Shown: positions 28,801-36,192 of the stretch, in pieces | Layout: every line of letters begins with the position of its first letter | Position numbering within the stretch: position 1 is the stretch's first letter | From: a virus | Taxonomy: Duplodnaviria > Caudoviricetes | Reading direction: 5' to 3' (one strand) | Virus record (IMG/VR): IMGVR_UViG_3300033273_000069 | Span: 1 to 55,280 of that record | Length of the DNA stretch: 55,280 nt | Made by a program: the position numbers and the translations under genes | Notes under the pieces: generated by a model | The model's input: the letters and a program-made list of their open reading frames with translations, nothing else | Databases searched by the model: none | What the model was told of the DNA's origin: nothing

Positions 28801-29249
28801 GCTGCTTTGGTTAGACCTGATGCTTGTGCAGCTTTCGCAACCTTACTTGCCTTTGACGCTGCGCCTGCGTACGGCACAAAGTTAATAGGGTCAGCGATTG
28901 TGGCTAGGCCGTAGTCTTTGACCTTCTCGAACATCGAGCCGCGTGTCGGAGCGTTTTGCCATGCCTTTGACAAACGTGCCAGCATAGCCTGATCAGAACC
29001 CGCATTCTTATACTCAGCCATATCCAATGCGCCAGACAAGAAGTTGCTGTCTTTCCAGCGATTGTCTGTGTACCAATCATCGAGCATGTCAGATGTGGTC
29101 GCAAAGGTCTTACCTTTACTGTCGTAGTATTTACGCAAGTCATCAAGGAAGCCTTGGTCGCGTAAAAGCTCTCCACCTGAAAGATTAGTATAGTCGGATT
29201 GTTGGCTGCTGCTAGAACCGCCTTTGCGATACTTGTCTAAGAATGACAT
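19812..29249 (-). CDS. Giant (~3145 aa) internal virion / polyvalent protein with a zincin metallopeptidase and a probable degenerate ADP-ribosyltransferase domain
   Basis: HELGH...GELFA motif; PHFTNG..DGVFGRGTYVT...GFTSI...E motif; last gene of the virion operon; GGAG RBS before ATG 29249. Confidence 0.8.
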   Translation of the reverse strand: MSFLDKYRKGGSSSSQQSDYTNLSGGELLRDQGFLDDLRKYYDSKGKTFATTSDMLDDWYTDNRWKDSNFLSGALDMAEYKNAGSDQAMLARLSKAWQNAPTRGSMFEKVKDYGLATIADPINFVPYAGAASKASKVAKAAQASGLTKAAATKAAMKAGAKRGALLEGSLGAGIGSSFDALQQSRQIQQGLRDEYDTTQIATSGAIEGVFSGAVGAGIGALASKAPAQRALEWKEGTPFGEKANARITELNDMERSAQSAVADDTLPPEAREDAAEELVNIEKERADVQAAVQRAVQLENELENTAKQLETAKTEGSNTSALQADYDQKYKKFQEILTSTDIERVNRLDAADIRSNRIAEAEAAAEAQRKADEAKKKKASPNSTKTGNEEPPAEDTAGDQGGDKAEGTPDNTDNAEGQGDTGGEVKAGDVAAPAVPKVPEIPDVKAVKYSTDTKGGWTAQLEKTVKSHLDGNKVKEANEKNGTNNKPLTKAEIGKILAADKAHMKDGKITPAGRQAINIHIAAREGRTFNGRTGSVYTKQLVNEVYGTPVRKDDASFTDPKLAKAEDAIAKKDTDVEAAQISDDADALFYDIVEKSGFYKTLKVNSVRNRFSAFLKAAADDGTPVKNEVAAAIRRRIDQLDGDVGETYISFKNQQEIAKFKETLSTRARQKGGETSYGIGGSTARAGKVLEMDKIAGRVLTDYIDPKTGETKKKVGKIQSFLRPGRETSDGYTITEGYDIFLRKNETRELARAKAENDLATKGVVQGIYAYKARAGQHINGAKAPASEGQEVFGVMTVNPKTGYKRFDTYETEALAKARMGIKQEEKYKIVDPNEKGISVREDFERMMDEAEAKFAKDGDLDKFEEETEILKAKARKGGVTVDGPATKKVVDGQGNDVTTSQELPDVPAVRDDKILVLLPKTLEQKPRVLGKAQEERGAGLKEMLGKGDIKNFNIGYIPREIDGKRPSAATDRDIIKSVFEPLDKNNDIGAQPVPKKSADNLPKAPMEYEEAFDVEVDIKSLASTPEGKSIAQRLFIGARMVNSQMIMESTVDEFLSEGRITIAELADVLKDLENASFRMDIPGTKQEIPFNRRLDAITAYLHVLGKEAPLGLRMPGQDIDKSVKQLRKVTNKMNPSTFAHIERMFRAIVPKSSAPVIKPLEDYNLSDLLPDDVQGLFASRPLRMQEFSKAGPDAATGNVGPDFNNIFLNGKTLDHRGEKTGVSASFTIMHELGHWAYMNLLTPELKLEFWQSVSKYYDQNGKFDGGFVSDRVDGTLLDAYSPMVQDGQNFAGMSNAQQNPGELFANQFALWAHKKYEAPIAPMSVFEKATKIIQKLWKHITNRHIVDPELEPIFEKMIADKDEARRVRFVNPKSPETKLGASLRIRYDQINQAIHAFEEAMQGYPDMHDIEKMGLASRQLSAAFSGIAMTKRERAIASTREGRATATDRALIESYSGAFQAIKGHRQMRALAEEINKITASVDYTVSQVGDDMVVGGSTYHSDMPKDMIELWNSRLGKYARGKLEQINEVFMKVEGGDIPEYKISDEILSRREINGLTPEKMEKISRSKEMKRAVNVQRRNFKKSLEQIMSAQAKSNKVEFKGQVVKGTKGGDPNKYSLIEALSEYRRQIDKDGNPTQFGNKLARRVYHLVQTEVKDITLTEEEQAIFNTWQSKEKVKGGGNKGKAVEAQKPELVLGLSFSADKETIKGLGASPEQAMNIIKHLIRTRHQNRAAKRGNKEANAVEKAIVIEQAQDAGTAFENGIPQNATVKMREYLRGITHRDNRIELVSRTITARLARLGAENLPQSVDASSYGSYRKAVRTVGTNLVRGDDISQAIAFVGEGLYASHAVSHATRNVMSKASAVLGIPPEKLFSDILVEVSDLDVGSPQVKAIQNVMDAEDMDLFDDFIEELDNEILEAAGYVLNGVITSTAARERFSAITAYGDMIGTSGTRKGSPRARYGDTVPAEYAIDHANEIMLDYTMAGYEAVRDFTNDNMVPHFTNGQKDGVFGRGTYVTRLPMNTIQNRRDDIIGSASPEMRENVEDLVDALEMARAKVNAARIDPNSSNEYIDKLYTLDDVLTEELTGMGINVSADTDPVFIRDVQPAVFSGDMSVRHPIVKALISHLKSEGRNRVAEEIAAMRGLQLPEDMARELVSKLGGVRKFKKAMGDAGFTSIELGDEKLMLSSRNVRGIRSDVFEDARPVLGEASRVHSVNGRIMQAASSGGDPVRIFSQAATELEEAGVPARTLEAMISVARGRGMPSDAAAEIRKSSIFNPLRTNSKIMDRSGLKTLANFFEPKDGSGGHFERTNARMGKFVIPLTKLLKQLPDSNNKLINYWRTGPQMMAESAMGALGINPKRRLTQPASHLRVMSALRDANKVPSLTPAERAVYDHARGYLDEAVGRMRAAGAIVGEIKKNYVPQIWRKDLIEADPEEFVRRLTRYFLAERKGGGNAEKAEKSARRVMQRIIDEDGVLSNPSQNFKRMSDKAGDQSDHLDYNRVIRLDEYPEFTDFDTPDSLAVFMENDILVAMTKYSDNVEHRIDIAQEFGVGAHGYHDYMAIVAQPMNPREVIGKLLSTNKIITATYVRSGGSDHGVKEMKFDNNYFYAPIKNKDGAKIKADELIEMAQRGSTAAEIEANIMDLLGDQLSQNPDANMLRENFRKRAKAIASALADTQGLTKLASNDNLKHAQGFMNAAMRRPIDGVHGTYSLKNASKWLRGVNAVTLLGFTTLTSLGDLILPLIRSGDIGAYTKSLYKFASDPEYRDMIRNIGAATENAVHQRLTVAHGVDSTQFMTGFFNATLLTPWTDMMRDVAGAVSYEHLKAQHKILKNRPNSRAGRIARRILREEGLAEFVEDQSLDMDLIMESRFSGLEHPLANKLASSTIKLTNQMIFTPNPNDIPLWAQTPLGAIAFQLKSYPLMMTRLINTVAGEAFRGDTVAERGANFAKAFVGQSDNRLGPLAALLVAGPAMGGIAVGAKDVVQGRGGEDNREFALRERKLSETVSEAFVENEDLDILMGWYFDGMVALGGLGLVGELMYDIASQTDNGAYGAQRTLETIGGPTVGLFNDAQTVMQGARSWWDDDETNGLRRAAVREIAGRVPVLGGVSWAKEGIVDTVAGVRGAGGKKSSGYGGGFGGGY

Positions 29250-29277
29250 CGGGTACTCCATTTAACCTGATCGTCAC

Positions 29278-29309
29278 AGATTAGTTGAGAGTACCCTGTC
29301 AAGTCGTCC
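29278..29309 (-). promoter_or_regulatory. GGACGAC-type late promoter
   Basis: GGACGAC-N19-TAATCT. Confidence 0.65.
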
Positions 29310-29313
29310 TTTA

Positions 29314-31878
29314 TCAGTTACGACGGTCGCCTCGTTTTTCGTTCCCGATTGTTGGGTTGAAGAAGTCAGGTAGCCAGTTTTCTTGACGCTGACTTTGCTC
29401 TGCGGGTGTGTAGTCTGGGTTACGTTTTGTGCTCTTATCTTCGATGGTTTCGCTGATCTGAACATTACCCGCTGCAATGGCAGCCTCTTCTTCTTTCGCG
29501 AGGATCGCTAGACCCGCTTGCTCAAGGGTATTTAGTTCGCTGTCGATTGCCCTAATGGTTGCAAGCTGAGACTGAATAATCAGCAATCTATTCTCTAAGT
29601 TCTCGCCCATCGTTTGTAGCTGAGTTAGCTCACCTTCATGGTTTTGTTTGTAGATGGGAGAGCGACCAAGTGTACGCAAGCGACGAATTTCAGATTGTAT
29701 CTGAGCGGCTGTTTGCTCAAGTTTATCTTCTGTCGCGATGATCTCGTTAATTGTATCCAGTGCAGATGTGCCTGCGGGGCCACCACCCTGTATTCGCTGT
29801 ACGAAGTCTTTAGGGTCTGTTCTTGTAAGAGCCTGAACCGCTTGTATCGAAGCATCTGCATCTGACTGAACACTGTCAAAGCTATCTATGATCTGGTTCG
29901 ATGGAGCTAAGTCCTCTGTGACTGTAACTCCACGTACGATGTCAAACTCTTGCTGACGTACTTTCTCGCGTGATTTCGCGTACGTATTACGCCACTCTTG
30001 CTGACCCTCGTCGTTGAGCAACATTACTTCTGTAATGTCGTTTAGACCAAGTTCGTTCAGTGCATCGCTAACTGCTCTTTCTTCAAGAGTTGCATTCGCA
30101 TTACCTTGGAACTGTACTTGTGCGTACGCCTGTAGGAATGCTGCCTCCATTACGTCGTTAGGAAGCTCTCCGTTTTCTAGCAGATAGGCTTCACCAGTCT
30201 TTGACAGTTCAGTTGCAATTATTCTGATCTGGTTGACGTATTCATTAGCGAGAATATCGGTGACTGGAATATCTAGCATACGCCCCATGTTCTGCACAGA
30301 CGTCATAACTTGACCTTTTACTATAGCCAAGTTCATACCCACTGTTTCATCGTCAGTGCCAGTGATTGCAGGAACTTTTAGGATTGTGTCAGCGCGTTTT
30401 TCCACGTCGTCGTAGTTAAAGCTCTGCTGTCGAGAAAGCCCCCCGCCCTCGCCGTTCTCCATCTGAGCGCGTACTTCACTCATCTTGGCATCTTCGGCTT
30501 CATCCATTGCTCCACGAACCAGCGTCTCAGCTTTGTTCCAAAGATCGTCGATGATAGGCTCATAGGGTTTTGTGTCTTGAATGCCTTTGGCTTGTAGCTC
30601 CAGTTCAAACTGCTTAATGAAGTCAGCTTTTGCTGAACCTAGAACTTGTGCTGCACCTTCACCGTCGAGCCGCCCACTAAGAGCAGTTTCGACCTGTGCG
30701 TACAAGCTGCTCTGAATGTCCTGAATGGTCGCGACAATTTCTTCCTTGTCACTCTTAGAGAGTTTAGTCCCACGTCCGCCACCTTCAGTTTCATCAAAAT
30801 TCTTTTCTACTAAAGCGCCGATGGTATCTGCATCATAGATACCTTTCTTAATTTGCTCTTCGATCAAAGCGTCTGCTTGCTGAACAGTTTGAGATAGCGC
30901 ACGCGCGTCAGCCGCACCTTGCTCTTCTTTTATTTTTGCAACTCGGTCGTCGATAATTTTATTCGCATCGCCGAAGTTAAATGTGTAACCTTCATCTTCG
31001 TACTGCTTAGTGAGAGCCGCGATAGCGTCGTTATATGCTTGTCGGTCAGTGGCACTCCTTGCGATGTCAATGGCTTGACCCTCAACTTTAGAAATAATGT
31101 CAGCCTTTTCATCGGCGACTAATTTCTTCTGGGCTGCAAGTACACCGCTTGGGTCTACTACTACACCTGGGTATTTTTTCCTGATTAGGTCGATCTTAGC
31201 GTTCAGTTCTTTTTCGTCCTTGATGCCGCGTAGCTGCTCAATTTCTTGAGCCGCAGCTTGCGTACGCTCTGCCTGCGTTCTGTCAAAAATTGACTTATAA
31301 GTATCTGTAACTCTCTTACCCCAAACATCACCGCCTTGTAGGATCAAGGCGTCTAGTCCCGCTTGTGTTGGGTTTTCAATGAACGCATTGATCAGTCCTT
31401 GGTTCGCGGACTGCCATTCATTCCATGCCTTTTTACCAGCCGCTTCTTTTGCTGCTGGAATAAGGCTTGGGTCTATCTCAAGATCGCCGAACTGCGTCTT
31501 TAAGAAATCGTCGAAGTCCTCTTTTCCATACTGATTGGAGAAACTTTGGCCCAACTCACCCGCTAGTCTTATGTTCGCGATTTTGCGCTGACGCTCTTTC
31601 TCTTTCCTGCGCTCTGCTTCAGCCGCTGCTTTCTTAGCTTCGGCGTCTTTATACTTTTTGTAGTTGCTTTCCATCTGGGCTTTTGTGGGAAGCCCTGCAC
31701 TGCCGACGCCTGTATCCTTGATTAGCTTGTTTGCGTAGTCTAGGCGTTCTTGCGTTGTCGCCCCAGGATTGAGGCGAATAAACTCATTGTATAGACGAGC
31801 GTTTTCTTTTCGCGTTTCCTTGCGACGCTCCTCGTTTAAGTTCATTCGCTTAGTAAATTCACCAAGACCAAAAAGCAT
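29314..31878 (-). CDS. Internal virion (ejection) protein, helical/coiled-coil
   Basis: 854-aa helical ORF lying before the giant internal protein. Confidence 0.7.
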   Translation of the reverse strand: MLFGLGEFTKRMNLNEERRKETRKENARLYNEFIRLNPGATTQERLDYANKLIKDTGVGSAGLPTKAQMESNYKKYKDAEAKKAAAEAERRKEKERQRKIANIRLAGELGQSFSNQYGKEDFDDFLKTQFGDLEIDPSLIPAAKEAAGKKAWNEWQSANQGLINAFIENPTQAGLDALILQGGDVWGKRVTDTYKSIFDRTQAERTQAAAQEIEQLRGIKDEKELNAKIDLIRKKYPGVVVDPSGVLAAQKKLVADEKADIISKVEGQAIDIARSATDRQAYNDAIAALTKQYEDEGYTFNFGDANKIIDDRVAKIKEEQGAADARALSQTVQQADALIEEQIKKGIYDADTIGALVEKNFDETEGGGRGTKLSKSDKEEIVATIQDIQSSLYAQVETALSGRLDGEGAAQVLGSAKADFIKQFELELQAKGIQDTKPYEPIIDDLWNKAETLVRGAMDEAEDAKMSEVRAQMENGEGGGLSRQQSFNYDDVEKRADTILKVPAITGTDDETVGMNLAIVKGQVMTSVQNMGRMLDIPVTDILANEYVNQIRIIATELSKTGEAYLLENGELPNDVMEAAFLQAYAQVQFQGNANATLEERAVSDALNELGLNDITEVMLLNDEGQQEWRNTYAKSREKVRQQEFDIVRGVTVTEDLAPSNQIIDSFDSVQSDADASIQAVQALTRTDPKDFVQRIQGGGPAGTSALDTINEIIATEDKLEQTAAQIQSEIRRLRTLGRSPIYKQNHEGELTQLQTMGENLENRLLIIQSQLATIRAIDSELNTLEQAGLAILAKEEEAAIAAGNVQISETIEDKSTKRNPDYTPAEQSQRQENWLPDFFNPTIGNEKRGDRRN

Positions 31879-31888
31879 GTCTGTAATC

Positions 31889-33070
31889 CTACGATATAGG
31901 GGTTCTGTCTGAGTTCAGCCACTTGTCTGCGTAATCAGCAAAAGCACCAAAGCTCTCTCCTGTCGCTTTAATCATGGTGTTTGTTAGATTTTCTGCTGAA
32001 GAGAGCGCATTACCAAACCCAGCGTTCGTACCGCCATCTGCTGCGAACTTGTATGGAGATGCCGCCATTTGCATTTGGTCAGCCACATAATCATTAAAGA
32101 TGCTAGACTGCGTATTCATTGTACTTAGACCAGTCAGGTAATCGTTCAACGCAGCGTCGTTACGTAAACCTTGCAATAAACCAAGGTCTGTAATGGCCTG
32201 CGTACGCGCATCGTTGTAGTTGTCGTAGACATCCATGCCGTAGTTACCCATGTTGATCTCGCGGGTGACGGCATCATTTGCGTACTGACTTGCATTCTTG
32301 ATAAGGTCTTGACCGAACTTACGCTCGGTTAGGTTCATTAACTGTTCGCCTGCTGTCGTTTCCTGTACGCCCTTCGTATAACGTAGTGCGTCATCCATAC
32401 CCGCAATCATAGCGTCGTTCAGGGCTTTCTGCTCGAAGTCTGCTGCGCTACGTGCAAGCTCTACTTCGAGGGTAGAGCCACCACCGCGACCTTGATTGCC
32501 TTGATCGCTAAGTAAGCCGCGACGTGCAAGATCGGCTGCACCCTTGGAATACATGCGGTCGGCTGCGCCTTTTGCATTTGCCATGCGTGCGTTTATGAAC
32601 TTGCTTGCAATCTTGTCGATGTCTTGCGCCATGTCGTATGTGCTTGGCGCGTTGTAGTTGAAGATCGCGTCTTGATCATCTACACGGCCTTCACCTTGGC
32701 GCATCCAGCGCATCGACTTATCGCGGAAGTCGCTTTCCAAGTTGAAAAGCATTTGCAGATCACGGGCTTCTTCAGCGTCTACTTTACCTTCGTTTACAGC
32801 TTCCTCTAACTGACGTGCGGTAGAGAAGTAGTCCTTCATGCTTTTGAAGTTCTCGACGCTTATGTCGTCGTAAGTGCCGAAGCTGCCATATAGCTCCGAC
32901 ATTACGTTCTTCATTTCTTCAGAGCCTTGTTCGTAAAGCTCCATGATCTTTTTGTTACGCTCTATCTCAGCAAGAGTAAGAGCGTTCTGCTGATCCAGCG
33001 CTTTATTGGCCTTGTTGTTTGACATCAAAGTGTTGATGCCAGTCAAAGCCGTCATGAAGGTATTGAACAT
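31889..33070 (-). CDS. Internal virion (ejection/pilot) protein
   Basis: Ala/Gln/Asn-rich, LARRGL...ST motif typical of podoviral pilot proteins. Confidence 0.7.
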   Translation of the reverse strand: MFNTFMTALTGINTLMSNNKANKALDQQNALTLAEIERNKKIMELYEQGSEEMKNVMSELYGSFGTYDDISVENFKSMKDYFSTARQLEEAVNEGKVDAEEARDLQMLFNLESDFRDKSMRWMRQGEGRVDDQDAIFNYNAPSTYDMAQDIDKIASKFINARMANAKGAADRMYSKGAADLARRGLLSDQGNQGRGGGSTLEVELARSAADFEQKALNDAMIAGMDDALRYTKGVQETTAGEQLMNLTERKFGQDLIKNASQYANDAVTREINMGNYGMDVYDNYNDARTQAITDLGLLQGLRNDAALNDYLTGLSTMNTQSSIFNDYVADQMQMAASPYKFAADGGTNAGFGNALSSAENLTNTMIKATGESFGAFADYADKWLNSDRTPIS

Positions 33071-33080
33071 GGTCTAGCTC

Positions 33081-34178
33081 CTATAAGAATGAACCGAAGC
33101 CTGTTCTCCGTTCGTTTCTGAACATTGAAAGCCCGTCGTTGCCCATAGTTGCGCCAGCGCCGATTGGAACATTGACGTAGCGAATTTCGCCTGTGTCTTT
33201 GTCTTTAACTGCACGACGCATGTAAACACCGTTTGTATTAGAGAACGTCGGAATAATTCCACCAAACGCGGCTGGATCGAGAGCAAAGCCGTAAGCGTTC
33301 AGGAATGCCGCAGGATCGTACGCGCTTGAGCCAAGGTCTAGGTTATCAAAGTAACGAGCCAAGTCCGCTTCTGTTAGATAGTCATCAGGCAGTGCTGTTT
33401 CTGTACCGCCAGAACCTTCGTACACGATTGTTGTACCGCCTCTACCGCCAGTATTCATATTCGCAAGTTGATTTTGCAAGTCTGCAATCTGGTTCTCAAG
33501 GTCTGTGATCAGATCGTTATTTGTGGTGTCTGTTGATGTGGTGGTTGTGCTAGTCGATGTATCGCTGCCACCTGAAGTAGAAGTGTCGGTTGAAGTGTTT
33601 GTGTTCGTGTTTGTATTGGTGTTTGTGCTTGTAGATGAGCTATCGTTTCCGCCTATCGCCACATCGTTAGAACCGCTTGAAAGTGCAGACGTCACAGAAT
33701 TTGTTGTGTCAATGTTATCCGAACCATCAATGCCGCCAGGCAAGTTATTGTTGCCGTCTTGCCCAGCAGATGTTTCAGCGAAGCTGATGTGACCATCATT
33801 GTTCGTGTCCATTGCGGTGTTGTCAGTGTTCGAATAACTATCACCAGATGCACCTGGCCCACCACCGTCAAACATATCAAAGAAGCTAGTGTAGCCGCTT
33901 GAAGAACTGTTGTTTGAAGAAGAGCCGCCGTTATAAGTTCCATCGCGGTCTGCAACCAACTTGTTCAACTCTGCACCATCTGTACCCCAAGGGTCATTGC
34001 TGTTTGCGTATATCTCGTTGATACGATCTTGGTTCGTCATCGTACTGGAGCTAGAGCTAGAGCTAGAACTGTCGTCGTTCGAGCTATTGCTAGAGCTATC
34101 GTTTCCACCGCCGCCGCAACGAGCGATCATCGCATTTTTATTCCAAGACAGCCCACAAAGTTCGTTAAAGGTTCTCAT
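33081..34178 (-). CDS. Low-complexity virion protein with CGGGG motif, Ser/Thr/Asn tracts and an EF-hand-like loop
   Basis: ARCGGGG, DMFDGGGPG, DTNNDGHISFAE. Confidence 0.75.
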   Translation of the reverse strand: MRTFNELCGLSWNKNAMIARCGGGGNDSSSNSSNDDSSSSSSSSSTMTNQDRINEIYANSNDPWGTDGAELNKLVADRDGTYNGGSSSNNSSSSGYTSFFDMFDGGGPGASGDSYSNTDNTAMDTNNDGHISFAETSAGQDGNNNLPGGIDGSDNIDTTNSVTSALSSGSNDVAIGGNDSSSTSTNTNTNTNTNTSTDTSTSGGSDTSTSTTTTSTDTTNNDLITDLENQIADLQNQLANMNTGGRGGTTIVYEGSGGTETALPDDYLTEADLARYFDNLDLGSSAYDPAAFLNAYGFALDPAAFGGIIPTFSNTNGVYMRRAVKDKDTGEIRYVNVPIGAGATMGNDGLSMFRNERRTGFGSFL

Positions 34179-34639
34179 AGCCTAGCCCTCACTGTATATC
34201 CAAACGGGGCCATGCCTAACTTACCCCAAAGTTTCTGTACTCGCTCGGGCCTGATACCCGCGTTTGCGCCACCGATAGCTTCGTCTGCGTTAATAGACTT
34301 TGCCCAAGTGACAAATTTTTTCATAAGTCTAGGGCCAGTCATGCCGCCCCTATATTCCTTACGAACGTAAATTAACTTCTCTCGTGCCTGCCGTGCGTCG
34401 CTGAAAAGCATTGTTCCGTAGTCTCCTAAGAGCAGGCCAATAATTTTTCCGTCGTCCACAGCTAACTTAGCGAAAGTTTCAGGTTGATTTTTAACGTACC
34501 CGTATAAGTTACGCGCCATCTTTTCGGCGTTGAACTTGAACTTAGGGTCGTTGCCCCAGACAGTCTCGGCGTGCATCAAGCTAGTTAAGCGCACGATTTC
34601 AAAAAGATCGTCTAGTGTTGCGTCCCTATATGTGATCAT
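34175..34639 (-). CDS. GNAT-family acetyltransferase
   Basis: YRDATLDDL, YVRKEYRGG acetyl-CoA motif A, WGKLGM. Confidence 0.85.
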   Translation of the reverse strand: MITYRDATLDDLFEIVRLTSLMHAETVWGNDPKFKFNAEKMARNLYGYVKNQPETFAKLAVDDGKIIGLLLGDYGTMLFSDARQAREKLIYVRKEYRGGMTGPRLMKKFVTWAKSINADEAIGGANAGIRPERVQKLWGKLGMAPFGYTVRARL

Positions 34640-34887
34640 TACTTGCGACCTGTCGCCTTACGCACCATGTCATCAATGTTGTAGAACTCGATCATCCCGC
34701 TCTTTGGGTTGAAGGTTCCTGCGCCACCGATGTCTTGAAGCAACTTGATCGTGAAGGGTGATGCGCGAACTACCATGCTGTCGCCTTCACGGCCCATGTC
34801 CGCAGACTTTGCGTCGATTGCCGCTTCTTCTCGACGGGTTGCGATTGACTTGCCCGTGTTCGGGCCGAAAACGTCACTAAATGCCAT
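34639..34887 (-). CDS. Small conserved phage virion-associated protein
   Basis: GREGDS...GGAGTFNPKSGMIEFY motif; AGGAGG RBS. Confidence 0.8.
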   Translation of the reverse strand: MAFSDVFGPNTGKSIATRREEAAIDAKSADMGREGDSMVVRASPFTIKLLQDIGGAGTFNPKSGMIEFYNIDDMVRKATGRK

Positions 34888-34912
34888 AATGGCCTCCTGA
34901 GTTGTTTACCAA

Positions 34913-34944
34913 ACTATAGGGTAATCGACATGCTACAGTCGTCC
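34913..34944 (-). promoter_or_regulatory. GGACGAC-type late promoter
   Basis: GGACGAC-N19-TATAGT. Confidence 0.7.
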
Positions 34945-36192
34945 CTAATCCATCATCATTTGCTTTGCTCTGCGTCTTGCATCCCTACGCAACACCCGAT
35001 TGGTGTAGCGGTGCTCGTTCGTTTCAGGGCGACGACCGCGACGTTTCATTTCGTCACCGATCATATCCGCTGCCTGAAGTGCCTCGGCTGCCAACGACCT
35101 GTCGATCTCCATGTAGCGACGCGCTTCGTTGTAGTTGTGCATCATCTCTTCTTGAAGATCGCGCTCTGTACGCTGACGATAAAGTTTTGCCGATCCCATT
35201 CGACCAAAGAACCCTGCATTCATAGCTGGGTCGCCAACGTCATAGATATAACTGAAAGCACCCTTGGCATCAGCAAGGGCGTCATAGTAACTTTGCTGAT
35301 CAGAGCCATACGAAAGCTCAGTATATCCCGTTGCATCGTCACCGAGGATCAAGCTGTAAATGCCGTCGCGGCCCTGCTCAATCATTATCGAGCCAGAAAG
35401 ATTATCCTGCATATTTCGAGGTAATGAAGCACGATAGCTTTCCATCGCATTCTTCGACATTTCAGATGTCATGTACGAACGGATGTCGTCGTGCTGTCGC
35501 TGTAAGTGCTCGGGAGTTTTATTACCACGCATGTCAGACGAGAGGTTTAATTTATCGTCTACGTATGCAAGTCCAGATGTCGCCATAGGGCCACCAATGT
35601 CTAGGGTTGCCCTGCTCCCAGCAACAGAAAGAAGTTGGCGCATGTCAGCCCACTTAAATTCATCTTGCGAGTAGTAAGCAGGACGCCGTTTATCGTACTT
35701 AAATTCTGGAGGATTATTTGGGTCGTAAGTGTAGCGATAGTTATTACCGTACTTACCCTCTGATGTGCCTCCTTCCAGCATGTCCACGATAGAGGCTTCT
35801 TCTGGCGTTACATGGATAGGCTGCTTTCCGTCAGCGCCCATGTTTTGTTTGATGATGTCACCGTCCATATCCATAATCCTATGTATTTCACGAGCGCGAT
35901 TGTTAAGTTGCTCGCCGCTGTCGTACATGGGCCAAAGACCCTGATCTATTTCATCACGCCAGTAGTCGTACGCTTCGCCCTCGGTGAGCGGACGATCTGA
36001 GTTTACGTCAGGCACCCACCCTGGGACTGATACGAACTTTCCTGCATTCGGCCCGTCGTCGATACGTATGCCGAGTGAGTGAAGTGTGATTGGCAACCCG
36101 CCCTCGTCCAATCCAACACGACCAGTGCTTGCTGAGTTATTGTGATGCTCAACAAGCCGCTGTTCGAGTTTGGATAGACCTTCATCAGACAT
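34945..36192 (-). CDS. Hypothetical virion-module protein (appears two-domain)
   Basis: 415-aa ORF coupled to the upstream tail gene. Confidence 0.75.
   Translation of the reverse strand: MSDEGLSKLEQRLVEHHNNSASTGRVGLDEGGLPITLHSLGIRIDDGPNAGKFVSVPGWVPDVNSDRPLTEGEAYDYWRDEIDQGLWPMYDSGEQLNNRAREIHRIMDMDGDIIKQNMGADGKQPIHVTPEEASIVDMLEGGTSEGKYGNNYRYTYDPNNPPEFKYDKRRPAYYSQDEFKWADMRQLLSVAGSRATLDIGGPMATSGLAYVDDKLNLSSDMRGNKTPEHLQRQHDDIRSYMTSEMSKNAMESYRASLPRNMQDNLSGSIMIEQGRDGIYSLILGDDATGYTELSYGSDQQSYYDALADAKGAFSYIYDVGDPAMNAGFFGRMGSAKLYRQRTERDLQEEMMHNYNEARRYMEIDRSLAAEALQAADMIGDEMKRRGRRPETNEHRYTNRVLRRDARRRAKQMMMD

Noticed and set aside
19812-29249. Giant protein as an N4-like or crAss-like virion RNA polymerase
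   Set aside because: Size is similar, but I found no DxDGD two-barrel motif and no T7-type A/B/C motifs; a structure search is needed to exclude it fully
34040-34100. GAGCTA tandem repeat as a contingency locus
   Set aside because: An in-frame hexamer encoding poly-Ser; length changes would not shift the frame
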